Part shown: piece after piece, positions 9,169 through 19,728 of the stretch
How positions within the stretch are numbered: position 1 is the stretch's first letter
Layout: each line of letters starts with the position of its first letter
Assembly: GCA_050248855.1 (NCBI GenBank)
Contig: JBFWRP010000002.1
Coordinates: forward strand, 64,001-128,000
DNA length: 64,000 bases
Direction of reading: 5' to 3'
From: Planctomycetota bacterium
GTDB taxonomy: Bacteria > Planctomycetota > PLA2 > JAEUHO01
Made by a program: the position numbers and the translations under genes
The notes under the pieces: model-generated
What the model saw: the letters and a program-made list of their open reading frames with translations, nothing else
Told to the model about the DNA's origin: nothing
Database searches by the model: none

Positions 9169-9984
9169 CTACGGAACCGCCTGCGGCTCGTCGTAGATCA
9201 CGTTGTCGAGGACGACGATGTCGGCGGCGCCGCCTTGGGTGACGTCGTCGGGCCCCAGGGCAGCGTTGCCCAGCGTGATCACGACGCGGGCGATGACGGC
9301 GTCTTGCGTGGTGACACCGAGGAACGAGTGGCTGGCGATGCCGGGTGTCGTGAGGAACGCGCGGTCGACCAGCAGGCGGCCGAACGGGTCGTAGAACGCA
9401 AGCTTCGACGCCGCTGCCACGTCGACATCGGTCACGACCACGCCGACGCCCTGGACTACCGCAGGCGTGCCGGTGCCGGGCACGAAGAAGCCAAGCTCGA
9501 CCACGTTGCCGTCGACCGGCGCCACGAGTCGAGCGCCGCTGAAGGGCGCGAAAGCCGTCGGATACGTGTTGTTCACGTGGCCGAGCTCCGCAGTGGTGTT
9601 CGTGGGGTTCGAGGCATCGGCGCTGGCCTGCAGCTCGAGGCCTCGAGGGCCGGTGACGACCAGGCCCCGGGTGGACGACGTGTTGTAGAAGTCGCTCGCG
9701 AGGAACAGGGGCGCGGCGTCCGCGTCGGGGACTTCCCAGTCCACCTCGCGGCGACCCGCCGCTTGCGAACCCGATGCGGTGCCGTTGTCGGACCCGCCGA
9801 GGTCGGAGCGGAAGGCGTCGACGGCCGCCAGGATGTCGACCGTCGTGGGCCCGGTCGCCTCACGCATCGAGGCGACTTCCGCGAGAGGCGGCAGGGGAGC
9901 GGAGGACCCTCCGCAGCCCGTGGGAACGAGTGCTGCCCCGAGGGCCAGCACGAACCGGCGAGGGCAGAGGGCGGGTCGCGGCAT
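9169..9984 (-). CDS. Hypothetical lipoprotein
   Basis: Signal peptide with lipobox-like PTGC; globular body (RREVDWEVPD, DFYN..STRG); codon usage typical of the host. Confidence 0.75.
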   Translation of the reverse strand: MPRPALCPRRFVLALGAALVPTGCGGSSAPLPPLAEVASMREATGPTTVDILAAVDAFRSDLGGSDNGTASGSQAAGRREVDWEVPDADAAPLFLASDFYNTSSTRGLVVTGPRGLELQASADASNPTNTTAELGHVNNTYPTAFAPFSGARLVAPVDGNVVELGFFVPGTGTPAVVQGVGVVVTDVDVAAASKLAFYDPFGRLLVDRAFLTTPGIASHSFLGVTTQDAVIARVVITLGNAALGPDDVTQGGAADIVVLDNVIYDEPQAVP

Positions 9985-10153
9985 GGTTCGAGGTCCTTCG
10001 GGGGGAGATGCGCGAGAAGCCGGGCGCGTCCGCAGACGCCGATCGGCCCCGCGGCCCCGAGGCCCGAATCGTGCATCGGCGCCGCCCAAGCGCTGGCCCA
10101 CCGCTATGATCCGGGTCCCGCGCGCGTCTTCGGCGTGCGGGCTCGGAGCGGGC

Positions 10154-11665
10154 ATGGCGACACCCATGGAGCGGGAGATCCGGCGCTTCCTCGGCCGCGT
10201 GCGCCTCGCCCGCTTCGTCGGTGGTCTCTGCGAAGGGCTGTTGGTCGTGGTCCTCAGCCTGGCGACGGTCCTCTTGGCCTTGCGACTCTGCGGCGTGTTC
10301 GTGTCGCCCTCGCCGTGGTGGGCACTCTTGGCCCTGCCCGCCTTGGTGTGGGCGGGCTTGGGCGTGCGGAGGTTGGACTTCGGGCGTCAGGCCGGAGCCG
10401 CGCATCTGGACCGGCGCCTGGGCCTCGAAGGCCTGCTCGTGACCTCGCTCGAGCGCGATGCCTCGGCCTACGAGGCGCCGTTGCGACGCAAGCTGCAGGA
10501 GACGAAGGAGGCGCTGCCCCGGATGCGGATCCGGCCTCTGCTCGCGCGGCTCGGCGTGGCGCTCGTCGTCCTGGCGATCGTGCTGGTGCTGCCCGCGGCC
10601 GACGAGCCCGCGACCTCGAGCTCGGTCGTGGCCGACGTGTTGCAGGACTACGAGGAGAAGCTGCGCGAGCTGGCCGAGACCGGCGGCGTTCGCGAAGAGG
10701 TGCGCGAGGAGCTCGCCCAGCGCCTGGACGCGCTCAAGAAGCGCAACCGCGACGAGGGTGTCGTCCCGTGGAAGGACCTCGACACCTTCGCCCAGACGGC
10801 CGACCACGAGCGCAGCCTGCACGCGGCGCGCTTGGCCAAGGCGCAGCACGATCTCGCGGCGATGGCGCGCGGCGACGACGCGTCGCTCGCCCAAGGGGCT
10901 GCCGCCACGTCCGCGCGCATGGACCAGCTGATGCAGGACGCAGAGGCTGCGGGCCTGCTCGACCAGCTGCCGCAGGACTTGAAGGAGCGGCTGGACGCGA
11001 TGGCGGGCGCTGACGGGGCGGAAGGTGCCGGGGCCCAAGGCGAGCAGGCCGGGCTCGACGCGGCCACGAGGAAACAGCTCGCGGCCGCGCTGGCGCAGAC
11101 GGCCGGCGACAAGCTGGCTGCTCTCCAGGGCAAGGGACAGGCACTCGATGTCGAAGCGCTGTCGCTCGGCGAGCTGCTCGAGGGAATCGACGCAGAGGCC
11201 CTGTTCGGCAAGCCGTGCTCGCTCTGCCAAGGCAAGGACGGCAAGCCCGGTGATCCGCAATGCCCCGGCTGAGCAGGCTCGGGCATCTTCGGCCGTGAGC
11301 TGAAGGGACGAGGTCTGGTGGCGGGTGGTGAGCGGCCTGGGCGCGGTGGCATCACGCGGGGCCGGGGAGACGCGCGGCTGGACTACACGAACTCCACCGA
11401 CGAGCGGACGGACGCGTTCCAGGCCAAGCTCTTGCCGCCCGGTGCCCAGCCGTCGACCGAGTGGGACCGGCTGGGCTTGAAGCGTGCGCTGCCGACCGTG
11501 GACCCACAGCGCGACGCCACGCCGGGGAGCGCCGGCGACGACGGGGCCGGCGAGGCCTCGTGGCGTCGCCGCTTGGCGCCGCACCATCGGGCCGTCGTTC
11601 GACGATACTTCGCGACGGACGGTGCGGCCGAGGGGGACGAGCCTTCGGAGCCGGGGGACAAGTAG
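10154..11665 (+). CDS. MoxR-operon membrane/coiled-coil protein with in-frame UGA at 11270-11272, candidate selenoprotein (503 aa with read-through)
   Basis: ORFs 9779..11272 and 11318..11665 are in the same frame with only one TGA between them. Read-through gives CSLC-x11-CPG(U)AGSG, then GRGGITRGRGDA. A hairpin lies at 11287-11305. Confidence 0.75.
11287..11305 (+). promoter_or_regulatory. Candidate bacterial SECIS element
   Basis: Stem CTTCGGC/GCTGAAG with loop CGTGA; the loop starts 21 nt after the UGA and has G in its second position. Confidence 0.6.
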
Positions 11666-11716
11666 CGCGGCTCGTCGACCCTGGGGGGGCGCGCGTCGTG
11701 GACGAGGGGAGAGAGC

Positions 11717-12736
11717 GTGAGCGACACCGGTCTGATGACGCCGCAGCAGGTGGCGGACGGACAGAAGCGTCTGCGCGCCGTGCGCGACGGGCTCGGCCAG
11801 GTCATCCTGGGCCAGGAGCATCTGCTCGATCACGTGTGCATCGGTTTGGCCGCGCGCGGCCACATGTTGCTCGAGGGGCTGCCGGGCTTGGGCAAGACCG
11901 AGCTCGTGCGCACGCTCGGTGGGCTGTTGGGCATCTCGTTCGGCCGCGTGCAGTTCACGCCCGACCTCTTGCCCAGCGACATCACGGGCGGGCCGATCCT
12001 GCAGGACCAGAACGGGCGCCGCGAGCTGGTGTTCCAACCGGGTCCCCTGTTCGCCCACATCGTCCTGGCCGACGAGATCAACCGGGCATCGCCCAAGACG
12101 CAGGCCGCCATGCTCGAGGCCATGCAGGAGCGCCACGTCACGGTGCTCGGCGTCTCCCATCCCCTGCCGGATCCGTTCTTCGTGCTGGCCACGCAGAACC
12201 CCATCGAGCTGGAGGGCACGTACCCCCTGCCCGAGGCGCAGCTGGATCGCTTCCTCTTCAAGATCAACGTGCCGGGCGTGAGCGCCTCGGTCATGCAGCG
12301 GATCATCGCGACGCGTCGCCGCGGCACCCCGCCGCCGGTCAAGCCCGTCTTGGACGGTGAGGGACTGCAAGCGCTCTTCGGCGCGATCGACCAGGTGTTC
12401 CTGCCCGAACCCGTGGCCAGCTACATCGCCCGCCTTGTGGAGGCGAGCCATCCCGAGAGCGGCGCCGTCAAGGAGGTGGCCTCCTACGTTCGCTACGGGG
12501 CGTCGCCGCGCGCCGCCATCGCGATCGCCGAGGCGGCGCGGGCGTCGGCCCTGCTCGCCGGACGGCCCAACGTGGACTTTGCCGATGTCACGCGCGTCGC
12601 ACCCGCCGCCCTGGGCCACCGCATGGTGCTCGACCATGCGGCCCGCATCGAGGGCGTCACGCCGGCGCGCGTGGTCAAGCTGCTGCTCGATGGCGTGGAC
12701 GCGGTGGGCCGCCCGCTGCCCAAGGACGTCTCGTGA
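11717..12736 (+). CDS. moxR: MoxR family AAA+ ATPase
   Basis: HMLLEGLPGLGKT, RVQFTPDLLPSDITG, ADEINRASPKTQ, ATQNPIELEGTYPLPEAQLDRF. Confidence 0.97.
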   Translation: MSDTGLMTPQQVADGQKRLRAVRDGLGQVILGQEHLLDHVCIGLAARGHMLLEGLPGLGKTELVRTLGGLLGISFGRVQFTPDLLPSDITGGPILQDQNGRRELVFQPGPLFAHIVLADEINRASPKTQAAMLEAMQERHVTVLGVSHPLPDPFFVLATQNPIELEGTYPLPEAQLDRFLFKINVPGVSASVMQRIIATRRRGTPPPVKPVLDGEGLQALFGAIDQVFLPEPVASYIARLVEASHPESGAVKEVASYVRYGASPRAAIAIAEAARASALLAGRPNVDFADVTRVAPAALGHRMVLDHAARIEGVTPARVVKLLLDGVDAVGRPLPKDVS

Positions 12737-14622
12737 GCAAGCTCTCCGGCCTGCTCCTCGCCCTTGTCGTGCTTGGCGGTCTGGCTCCGTCGGCTCGCGC
12801 GGAGGAGTACGAGACCGTGGTGCTGGACCGCAATGTCGGCGCCAGCACGCCGTACCGCCTGCACGCAAGGGTCCTGGGCACGCCAGCCGGGAGTCGCCCC
12901 GGCAGCCAAGGCTATGCGCGCATCGAGGTCGTCAACCCCACGGACAAGGCGCACGTCGTCGCCATCCGCCTGGAGCCCATGAGCGACCACCATGGCAGTG
13001 CGTACGTCGTGCGCCACGCGCTTCGCGTCGAGGCAGGCAAGCGGCAGGCCGTGGACCTCCCACTCCCCAACGTCTCGTGGGGAACCATGCTCAGCTTCAC
13101 TGTGGACGACCGTCTGGTCTCCGAGAACACGCACATCAGCTCCGCGTCCCGAAGCGGAAACCGCTCCTTCGCCGCCTTGGCAGTCGGCTTGCGCGACGAC
13201 GGAGGATGGCCTGCGTATCTGGAGAGTGCAGTCTCCAGCCGCGTCGGCGGCCGCCGCTCGGGCATGGATGTGTACCTGCGAGAACCCCACGAGCTCCCCG
13301 GCGGCTGGACGCTCTTGGCCGGGTTCGACCTCGTCATCGTGCGGGCCGGCGCGGCAGGCCTGACGGCCGAGCGCCAAGACGTCCTCCTTCGATACCTGGC
13401 GGGTGGCGGCAACCTCGTCGTGACCGAGATGCGCGAGCTTGCCAGCGGTCCTTTCGTCGATTGCATGCGCCGCTTCGGTGGCCTGGGAGACGCCGGAATC
13501 GTCAGCGGCTCCCACGGCTTGGGCCTGGGCCTCTTCGTGGCAGCCGCCGCCGACTCGAGCACGCCTGCGGTCCGGACGTGGCTTGAGCAGAGAGCCAGCA
13601 GCAGCGGCAGCATTCTCGACCGTGTCCATGGCACGCGGGGCGGAGGCGCCCCGGATAACTTCTGGCTTCCGCTCGCGATCCCCGGGCTCGGCGACGTGCC
13701 GGTGCGTGCCTTCTTCCTGTTGATCCTCGTGTTCGTGATCCTGGTCGGCCCGGTGAGCTACCTGTACTTCCGCAAGCGGCGGCGGCTCGCGATGTTGCTC
13801 GTTACGATTCCCGTGTCCGGGTTTCTCTGCGCGGGCCTGGTGCTGGGCTACGGGGTGATCTCCGAGGGCTTCGGCATCATTGGCAGCGCACGTTCCTTTG
13901 CCGTGCTGGACCAAGAGACCCAGCTCGCCGCCGTGGTCAGCGGGCGGACCTTGTACGCGGGCCTCCAGCCCGACGCGCTGCGGCCGGACGTCGATACGGT
14001 CGTGGCCAGTGGTGCGGGCGGCCGTCGCGGCGGGATGCCGAGCCTGCTCGTGGGCGCCGGTCATCGTCTCGACGGCAGCGTTCTCCCCTCCCGCACGCTG
14101 ACGCCCTTCGTGGCAACCACCGTGGGCCGCTCGCGCGAGCGCCTTCGCTTCCGCAAACGCCAGGATGGAGGTTACGACGTGCTCTCCGCACCCGGGCTCC
14201 AGCCCGTGGCCGAAGCCGAAGCGGTGCTCTTGCGCACCTGGGACGGGCAGTACTTCCGCTCGACGGACTCCGGGACCCTGGCGCCCCTCGTCGGACCCGC
14301 CCACGCGCTTCCCGAGGTCGTCCACCGCCTCATGCGCCCGATGGCCCACATGCGCGTCGGTTCGGGGGAAGTGCTCGACGACGAACCGTGGAACCCGCGC
14401 ATGCGCTATCGATCGCAGCGGGAGATGGAACAGCTGGCAGGCGGCGCCAACGACGGCTACTCGTGGTTCGCGAACCGCTTCGGCGAGCTGAGGCCGGGCA
14501 GCTACCTCGCTCGCGTGCGAACCGCGCCCCTGACGGAGACGCTGGGCCTGGACGTCGAGTACCGCAGCGAGGCGCACATCGTCGTGGGCCTGCTGGGACC
14601 GGAGGACGTGACCGGTGAGTAG
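12733..14622 (+). CDS. Membrane-anchored protein with GATase-like (DUF4350-like) segment
   Basis: Signal peptide, YLAGGGNLVV motif, two TM helices (ILVGPVSYLYFRKRRR); translationally coupled in the operon. Confidence 0.75.
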   Translation: MSKLSGLLLALVVLGGLAPSARAEEYETVVLDRNVGASTPYRLHARVLGTPAGSRPGSQGYARIEVVNPTDKAHVVAIRLEPMSDHHGSAYVVRHALRVEAGKRQAVDLPLPNVSWGTMLSFTVDDRLVSENTHISSASRSGNRSFAALAVGLRDDGGWPAYLESAVSSRVGGRRSGMDVYLREPHELPGGWTLLAGFDLVIVRAGAAGLTAERQDVLLRYLAGGGNLVVTEMRELASGPFVDCMRRFGGLGDAGIVSGSHGLGLGLFVAAAADSSTPAVRTWLEQRASSSGSILDRVHGTRGGGAPDNFWLPLAIPGLGDVPVRAFFLLILVFVILVGPVSYLYFRKRRRLAMLLVTIPVSGFLCAGLVLGYGVISEGFGIIGSARSFAVLDQETQLAAVVSGRTLYAGLQPDALRPDVDTVVASGAGGRRGGMPSLLVGAGHRLDGSVLPSRTLTPFVATTVGRSRERLRFRKRQDGGYDVLSAPGLQPVAEAEAVLLRTWDGQYFRSTDSGTLAPLVGPAHALPEVVHRLMRPMAHMRVGSGEVLDDEPWNPRMRYRSQREMEQLAGGANDGYSWFANRFGELRPGSYLARVRTAPLTETLGLDVEYRSEAHIVVGLLGPEDVTGE

Positions 14623-15556
14623 TCGTCCGCTCCTCGAAGTTCGTTCGCTCTCCCGCAGCTTCGGCAAGGTGGAGGCCGTGCGAGACGTCAGCTTCAACGT
14701 CGAGGCTGGTCAGGTGTTCGGCTTCATCGGGCCCAACGGCGCGGGCAAGACGACCACCATGCGCATGCTGGCCACGCTCGACATCCCCGACGGGGGCGAT
14801 GCGTGGGTGGACGGGCAGTCGGTGCTCGAGGAACCGCGCGCCGCCTGCATGCGCCTGGGGTTCATGGCCGACCACTTCGTGCCGTACCCGAACCTCCACG
14901 TGTCGCAGTTCCTCGACTTCATGGCGCGTGCCTACGGGCTGCGAGGTCGCAAGCGCACGAAGACGATCGCCGCCGTCGTGGACTTCTGCGGCCTCGGCAC
15001 CTTCCTCGATCGTCCGACCACGGGTCTCAGCAAGGGCATGGGCCAGCGCCTGCACCTGGCCAAGACGCTGCTTCACGATCCGGGCTTGCTCGTGCTGGAC
15101 GAGCCCACGGCAGGGCTCGACCCGCGGGCCCGCGTGGAGTTCCGCGACCTCTTGGGCGTGCTGGCCGACGAAGGCAAGGGCATCCTGATCTCGAGCCACC
15201 TGCTGTCCGAGCTGGCGGAGAGCTGCGACGGCGTCGTCGTGATCGAGCAGGGGCAGCTGGTCGTCACGGGCGCGATCGGCGACATCGCCAAGCAGGTGCG
15301 CTCGCACAGCGCGGTCTTGGTGCGCGTCGTGTCCGACGCGCAGGAGACCGAGCGCTTCCTGTTGACGCAGCCCCTCGTGCGCGAGGTACGCAACGAGGAC
15401 GCCCGCATCGGCTTCGAGTACGACGGCTCCGACGAGCAGCTCGCCGACCTCCTGGCGCGGCTGATCGCCAGCGGGGCACGCGTCAGCGAGTTCCGCCACG
15501 TCGAGGCCAGCCTGGAAGAGATCTTCCTGCGCACGACCGCCGGGAGGCTGCAATGA
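14615..15556 (+). CDS. ABC transporter ATP-binding protein
   Basis: GPNGAGKTT, LSKGMGQR, LDEPTAGLDP, SSHLL. Confidence 0.96.
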   Translation: MSSRPLLEVRSLSRSFGKVEAVRDVSFNVEAGQVFGFIGPNGAGKTTTMRMLATLDIPDGGDAWVDGQSVLEEPRAACMRLGFMADHFVPYPNLHVSQFLDFMARAYGLRGRKRTKTIAAVVDFCGLGTFLDRPTTGLSKGMGQRLHLAKTLLHDPGLLVLDEPTAGLDPRARVEFRDLLGVLADEGKGILISSHLLSELAESCDGVVVIEQGQLVVTGAIGDIAKQVRSHSAVLVRVVSDAQETERFLLTQPLVREVRNEDARIGFEYDGSDEQLADLLARLIASGARVSEFRHVEASLEEIFLRTTAGRLQ

Positions 15557-17115
15557 GCGACGTCGCGGCGACGCTGGCCGAGGTACCGGGCCCGGGCGGG
15601 CGACCGGCCGCCGAGCCCCGCGGTGGGATCTGGGGCTGGTTGTCCGAGCGCCTCAACCCGATTCTCGTGCGCGAGGTCCACCAAGCCCTCAACGGCAGGG
15701 TCTTCCTCTTCACGGCGGGACTCGCGTTCTTGGCCGTGTTTGTGATCGCCTTGCTGATCGCGGCCAACGACGAGGCGTCTCCGCGCGCCGGCGCCGAGGC
15801 GTTCCTCAACACCCTCTACGTGCTCGTGCCCATCCTGCTGTTCATCGTGCCGCTCCAGGCTTTCTTCTCCACGCGGTCGGAGGTCGGGGGCGGAACGGTC
15901 GAGCACTTGCTCTTGTCGCGACTGCGACCGGCCCAGATCGTTCGCGGCAAGCTGATCTCGACGACGGTGCAGTTCGTCCTGTACCTGGCGATCTTCGCGC
16001 CGCTGCTCGCCCTGACCTACCTGCTGCGCGGCGTGGACATCCCGACGATCGCGTGGGTCCTGGCCATGGCCTTCTTGCTGGCGTTGGCCAGCAGCTCGCT
16101 GGCCATCGCCTGTGGGGCCCTGTGCCGCTGGAGGGCCGCGTTTCGCGTGCTGCCCTTCGCCATCGTGCTGTTGGGGCTGGGCTGGCTGACCGTCACCGTG
16201 CTGGGCGCGCTGCCGTTCGGGCTGATGAGCGCGCGCTTCTTGTTCGACGCCGATGCTCCCGTCAGCGCGATCTTCGCCGTCGCGGGCCCGCCGCTCCTGT
16301 CCACGATCCTGTTCGCGCTGATCGGGTCGTCGGCCCTGGCGCACCCCTACGAGAACCGCTCGACGGGCTTTCGCGCGTTCGCGCTGCTCATGGTGCTGCT
16401 GGCTCTGGGCTGGACGGTGTTCACGTACGATCAGATGAGTCCCAGCATTCGACCCTACATCACGCTGGCCACCTCGCTGAACGGCATCGTCACTACCTGC
16501 GGCGTGATGTTGGGCTTGTTCCCGTTCTTCGCGGCGACCGAGCCACCGCGGCTGTCACCGCGCGTCCAACGGCACGTACCGCGCAGCCCGCTCCTGGCCT
16601 TCCTGGTGTCCCCGCTGCTGCCTGGGAACGGCCGCGGCCTGCTGTTCGCGCTCTTGCTGACCGCGATCGCCCTGGGCGGGACCGTCCTCCTCCCGGAGCT
16701 CTGGGGCGAGGTCTCAAAGGGGGGCTCGGACCGCATGCAAGAGATCACAGTCGGCATCTGGCTCTACGTGGTCTTGTTCAGCGCGCTGGGCTGCGCCGTG
16801 CGGGGACGCCTTGCGGCGCCGGACACGCGCAACTGGTGGGCGCGCGGGCTGCTCCCGCTGCTCATGATGCTGAGCGCCCTCGTGCCCCTGCTGGTGGGCG
16901 TCGTGGGCAGCTCGCGCTCGGTGATGCTGCGATGGTCGCCGTTGCAGCTGTTCAATCCCTTCGCGTCGCTGAGCTACGTGCGCCACGACGATGACGTCAT
17001 GGTTTGGCTCGGCGCAGCAACGGGCGTCGCCGTCGTCATCAACCTCGCGGCCATGGTGCGCGGCGTCTCCGAGGTCATGGAGGCCTCCCGGCAACGGAGG
17101 CGACGTGCGCCCTGA
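15553..17115 (+). CDS. ABC transporter permease
   Basis: Many TM helices; NPILVREV and IVRGKL motifs; ATGA overlap with the ATPase gene. Confidence 0.85.
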   Translation: MSDVAATLAEVPGPGGRPAAEPRGGIWGWLSERLNPILVREVHQALNGRVFLFTAGLAFLAVFVIALLIAANDEASPRAGAEAFLNTLYVLVPILLFIVPLQAFFSTRSEVGGGTVEHLLLSRLRPAQIVRGKLISTTVQFVLYLAIFAPLLALTYLLRGVDIPTIAWVLAMAFLLALASSSLAIACGALCRWRAAFRVLPFAIVLLGLGWLTVTVLGALPFGLMSARFLFDADAPVSAIFAVAGPPLLSTILFALIGSSALAHPYENRSTGFRAFALLMVLLALGWTVFTYDQMSPSIRPYITLATSLNGIVTTCGVMLGLFPFFAATEPPRLSPRVQRHVPRSPLLAFLVSPLLPGNGRGLLFALLLTAIALGGTVLLPELWGEVSKGGSDRMQEITVGIWLYVVLFSALGCAVRGRLAAPDTRNWWARGLLPLLMMLSALVPLLVGVVGSSRSVMLRWSPLQLFNPFASLSYVRHDDDVMVWLGAATGVAVVINLAAMVRGVSEVMEASRQRRRRAP

Positions 17116-17908
17116 GTGTGCGCGAGCGGCCGCGCCGTACCGCTTGGCGCTGCCGGGGCGCCCGCTGGGCGGTCGCCTGGGCGAGCGCCTCGGGCGGGGC
17201 ACGGGCTCGTCGCTGGAGTTCATGGACTACCGCGACTACGTGCCCGGCGACGACCTGCGCCACGTGGACTGGGCGGCCTGCGCACGCACGGACCAGCTGA
17301 AGGTCAGGCAGTACCGCGAGGAGGTCTCGCCGGCGCTGGACATCCTCGTGGACGGCTCGCCCTCGATGGCCGTGACGGCGGAGAAGCGCACGGCCCTCGA
17401 AGATCTCGTGGAGGCGTGCGCGTCGTGGACGCTCGCCGCGGGCGGCCTGCCGCGGCGCCTGCTCGGTGGTGCCGGGCCGTTCGAGCGCTGGTCCGAAGTG
17501 GACGGCCGCGGCGCCGACGATCTGCTCCCGCGTGTCCCCCTGCGCCGACGCGCGATGCGGCTGGTGGTCAGCGACTTCTTGGTTCCCGACGACCCGGCGC
17601 CGCGCCTGCGCCGGCTCTCGGCAGGTGCCTCGCACCTCTACGTGCTCCAGCTGCTCGATCCCTGGGAGGTGGACCCCCAGGCCGAAGGCGAGCACACGTT
17701 GGTGGACTGCGAGCGGTCTTCGCGGCTGGACATCGTGTTGGACCGGCCGACGCTCGATCGCTATCGCGCGCGCCTGCGCCGCTTGACCGGCGCCGTCGAG
17801 CAGGCCGTGCGCGCGATCGGGGGGAGCTACGCGTTGGTGCCCGCCGGGCCGCCGGGGCGCATGTTCCGCGAGCACTTGCTGACGCAGGGCATCGTGGAGC
17901 CGGCGTGA
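17105..17908 (+). CDS. DUF58 domain protein
   Basis: GSSLEFMDYRDYVPGDDLRHVDW, DGSPSM, SDF; GGAGG RBS before the GTG. Confidence 0.93.
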   Translation: MRPECARAAAPYRLALPGRPLGGRLGERLGRGTGSSLEFMDYRDYVPGDDLRHVDWAACARTDQLKVRQYREEVSPALDILVDGSPSMAVTAEKRTALEDLVEACASWTLAAGGLPRRLLGGAGPFERWSEVDGRGADDLLPRVPLRRRAMRLVVSDFLVPDDPAPRLRRLSAGASHLYVLQLLDPWEVDPQAEGEHTLVDCERSSRLDIVLDRPTLDRYRARLRRLTGAVEQAVRAIGGSYALVPAGPPGRMFREHLLTQGIVEPA

Positions 17909-19728
17909 CGGCGGGCGGCCCCCTCGCCATCGGGTTCACGGCGCCGCTCGGGCTGCTGGCCTTGCTCGCGATTCCCGCGGTGCTCGCCTTGCACATGTTC
18001 CGCCGCCGCTTCCGCGAGCGGTCGGTGGCGGGCCTCTTCCTGTTCGCGGCGGATGCCTTGCCCGCCAGCGCGGGGCGCACGCGGGCGCGGCTCCTGCGCA
18101 CGCCGTCGCTGTGGCTCGAGCTGCTGGCCGCGCTGGCCGCAGCGCTGTGGCTCGGCGGGTTCCACCTGGGTACGTCCTCGGGTGCCTTGCATCTCGTGGT
18201 GGTGCTGGACGACTCGGCCTCGATGGCGGCCAAGACGCCGAACGGCAGCGTGGCGGAGGCGGCCCGCGATCGCGTCCGGGCGCTGCTGGAGGACCTCGGG
18301 CGGGACGACGCCGTCACGTTGGTGGCGACGGGCGTGCGCCCGGCGGTGCTCGCCGGCCCGCGGGCCACGCGCGACGTAGCGCGAGAGGCGCTGGCCGCGT
18401 GGTCGCCGGGACAGCAAGCCCACGATCCGGCGCGGGCGTTCGACCTGGCGCTCGACCTCGGGCGCTCGAACGCCACGCTCGTGTTCCTCACCGATCGCGA
18501 AGACGTCCAGCCCCCGCCGCGGTTCCGCCACGTCGCACTCGGCCTGCCTCTTTCCAACGCGGCCATCGCCAGCGTCCGCCGCGTGGCGCAGGGCGACGCC
18601 GAGGAGCGCGTGTTCGTCGATCTCCTCGCCTACGCCGAGGCGCCCGTGACCACGGCGGTGCGCCTCGAGGTGGTGGCGGGCGACGGAGCCCGCGAGATCG
18701 CACGCAAGGACGTCACGCTGACGCCGGGGCGCAGCCTGCACATCGCCTGGACGGTACCCCTGGTCGCCTTGCCCCTGCGCGTGACGCTGGACGACGATGC
18801 CCTCGCCGCCGACAACGTCGCGTGGCTCGTTCCGGACCCGCTGCGCGTGGTGCCTGCGCACGTGGCGCTCGAGGAGGAGGCCGCCGACGCGCTCCAGCTG
18901 GTCCGCGTGTTCGACGCCTTGCCGGGCGTGCGCGTGGTCGAGGAGCCGTCGGACGCAGCCTTGGTCGTGGGACGGGGCGACGTGTCGCCGCGCCCGGGCG
19001 GCATCGAGCTCGTCGTGGAGGCGCCGGGTGCCGAACGTGACGCGTGGATCGGGCCGTTCCTCCTGGAGCGGCGTCGCGTCCCCGGCGGGGGCGACGGCGC
19101 GCCGCTGCTGGCGGGCCTGACGCTCGAAGGCGTCGTGTGGAGCGCCGGGCAGGCCGATCCCCCCGGCCTGCCGCTGGTGCTGGCCGGCGAGCGCGTGCTG
19201 CTGGCCGAGGAGACGGTCGCCGGACGCGTGCGCCTGCACCTCAACCTGGACCCGGCCCGCAGCAACCTGCCGTCGTCGCCGGACTGGCCGATCCTGCTCG
19301 CCAACCTCGTGGAGCACGTGCGTCGGCACCTGCCCGGCGCGCCCGCCGTCAACGTGCGTCTCGGCGAGGAGCTGGCCTTGCGCGTCGCGACGCCGCCGCA
19401 GGAATCCGACGAGTACGTCCTGCACGATCCGGACGGGGAGATGCGGCCCGCCCGAGGGTGGAACCTGATCACGTGGGATGCGGTCACGCCGGGCGTGCAC
19501 CGCGTCGTGCGAGCCGGCCAGGACGTCGCCCGTTACGCCGTCAGCTTCATCGATCCCCTCGAGTCCGACCTCACACGCGGGGCGGCGCTCGACACGCCGG
19601 CCCTCGACACGGCCCCGGTGGCGACCGCTTCGCTGGAGGATCCGGGCCGGCTCGAGGGCCGCGTGCTGGCGTTGCTGCTCCTCGCGTTCGTGGCGCTCGA
19701 CTGGTTCGTCCTGGGGAGGCGTCGTTGA
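17905..19728 (+). CDS. BatA-like N-terminus plus VWA domain protein
   Basis: LLAIPAVLALHMFRRR, MIDAS motif DDSASM, C-terminal TM helix. Confidence 0.88.
   Translation: MTAGGPLAIGFTAPLGLLALLAIPAVLALHMFRRRFRERSVAGLFLFAADALPASAGRTRARLLRTPSLWLELLAALAAALWLGGFHLGTSSGALHLVVVLDDSASMAAKTPNGSVAEAARDRVRALLEDLGRDDAVTLVATGVRPAVLAGPRATRDVAREALAAWSPGQQAHDPARAFDLALDLGRSNATLVFLTDREDVQPPPRFRHVALGLPLSNAAIASVRRVAQGDAEERVFVDLLAYAEAPVTTAVRLEVVAGDGAREIARKDVTLTPGRSLHIAWTVPLVALPLRVTLDDDALAADNVAWLVPDPLRVVPAHVALEEEAADALQLVRVFDALPGVRVVEEPSDAALVVGRGDVSPRPGGIELVVEAPGAERDAWIGPFLLERRRVPGGGDGAPLLAGLTLEGVVWSAGQADPPGLPLVLAGERVLLAEETVAGRVRLHLNLDPARSNLPSSPDWPILLANLVEHVRRHLPGAPAVNVRLGEELALRVATPPQESDEYVLHDPDGEMRPARGWNLITWDAVTPGVHRVVRAGQDVARYAVSFIDPLESDLTRGAALDTPALDTAPVATASLEDPGRLEGRVLALLLLAFVALDWFVLGRRR

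Noticed and set aside
11318..11665. Independent 115-aa gene
   Set aside because: No clear RBS and in frame with the upstream ORF; better explained as the C-terminus after UGA read-through (or after a nonsense mutation).
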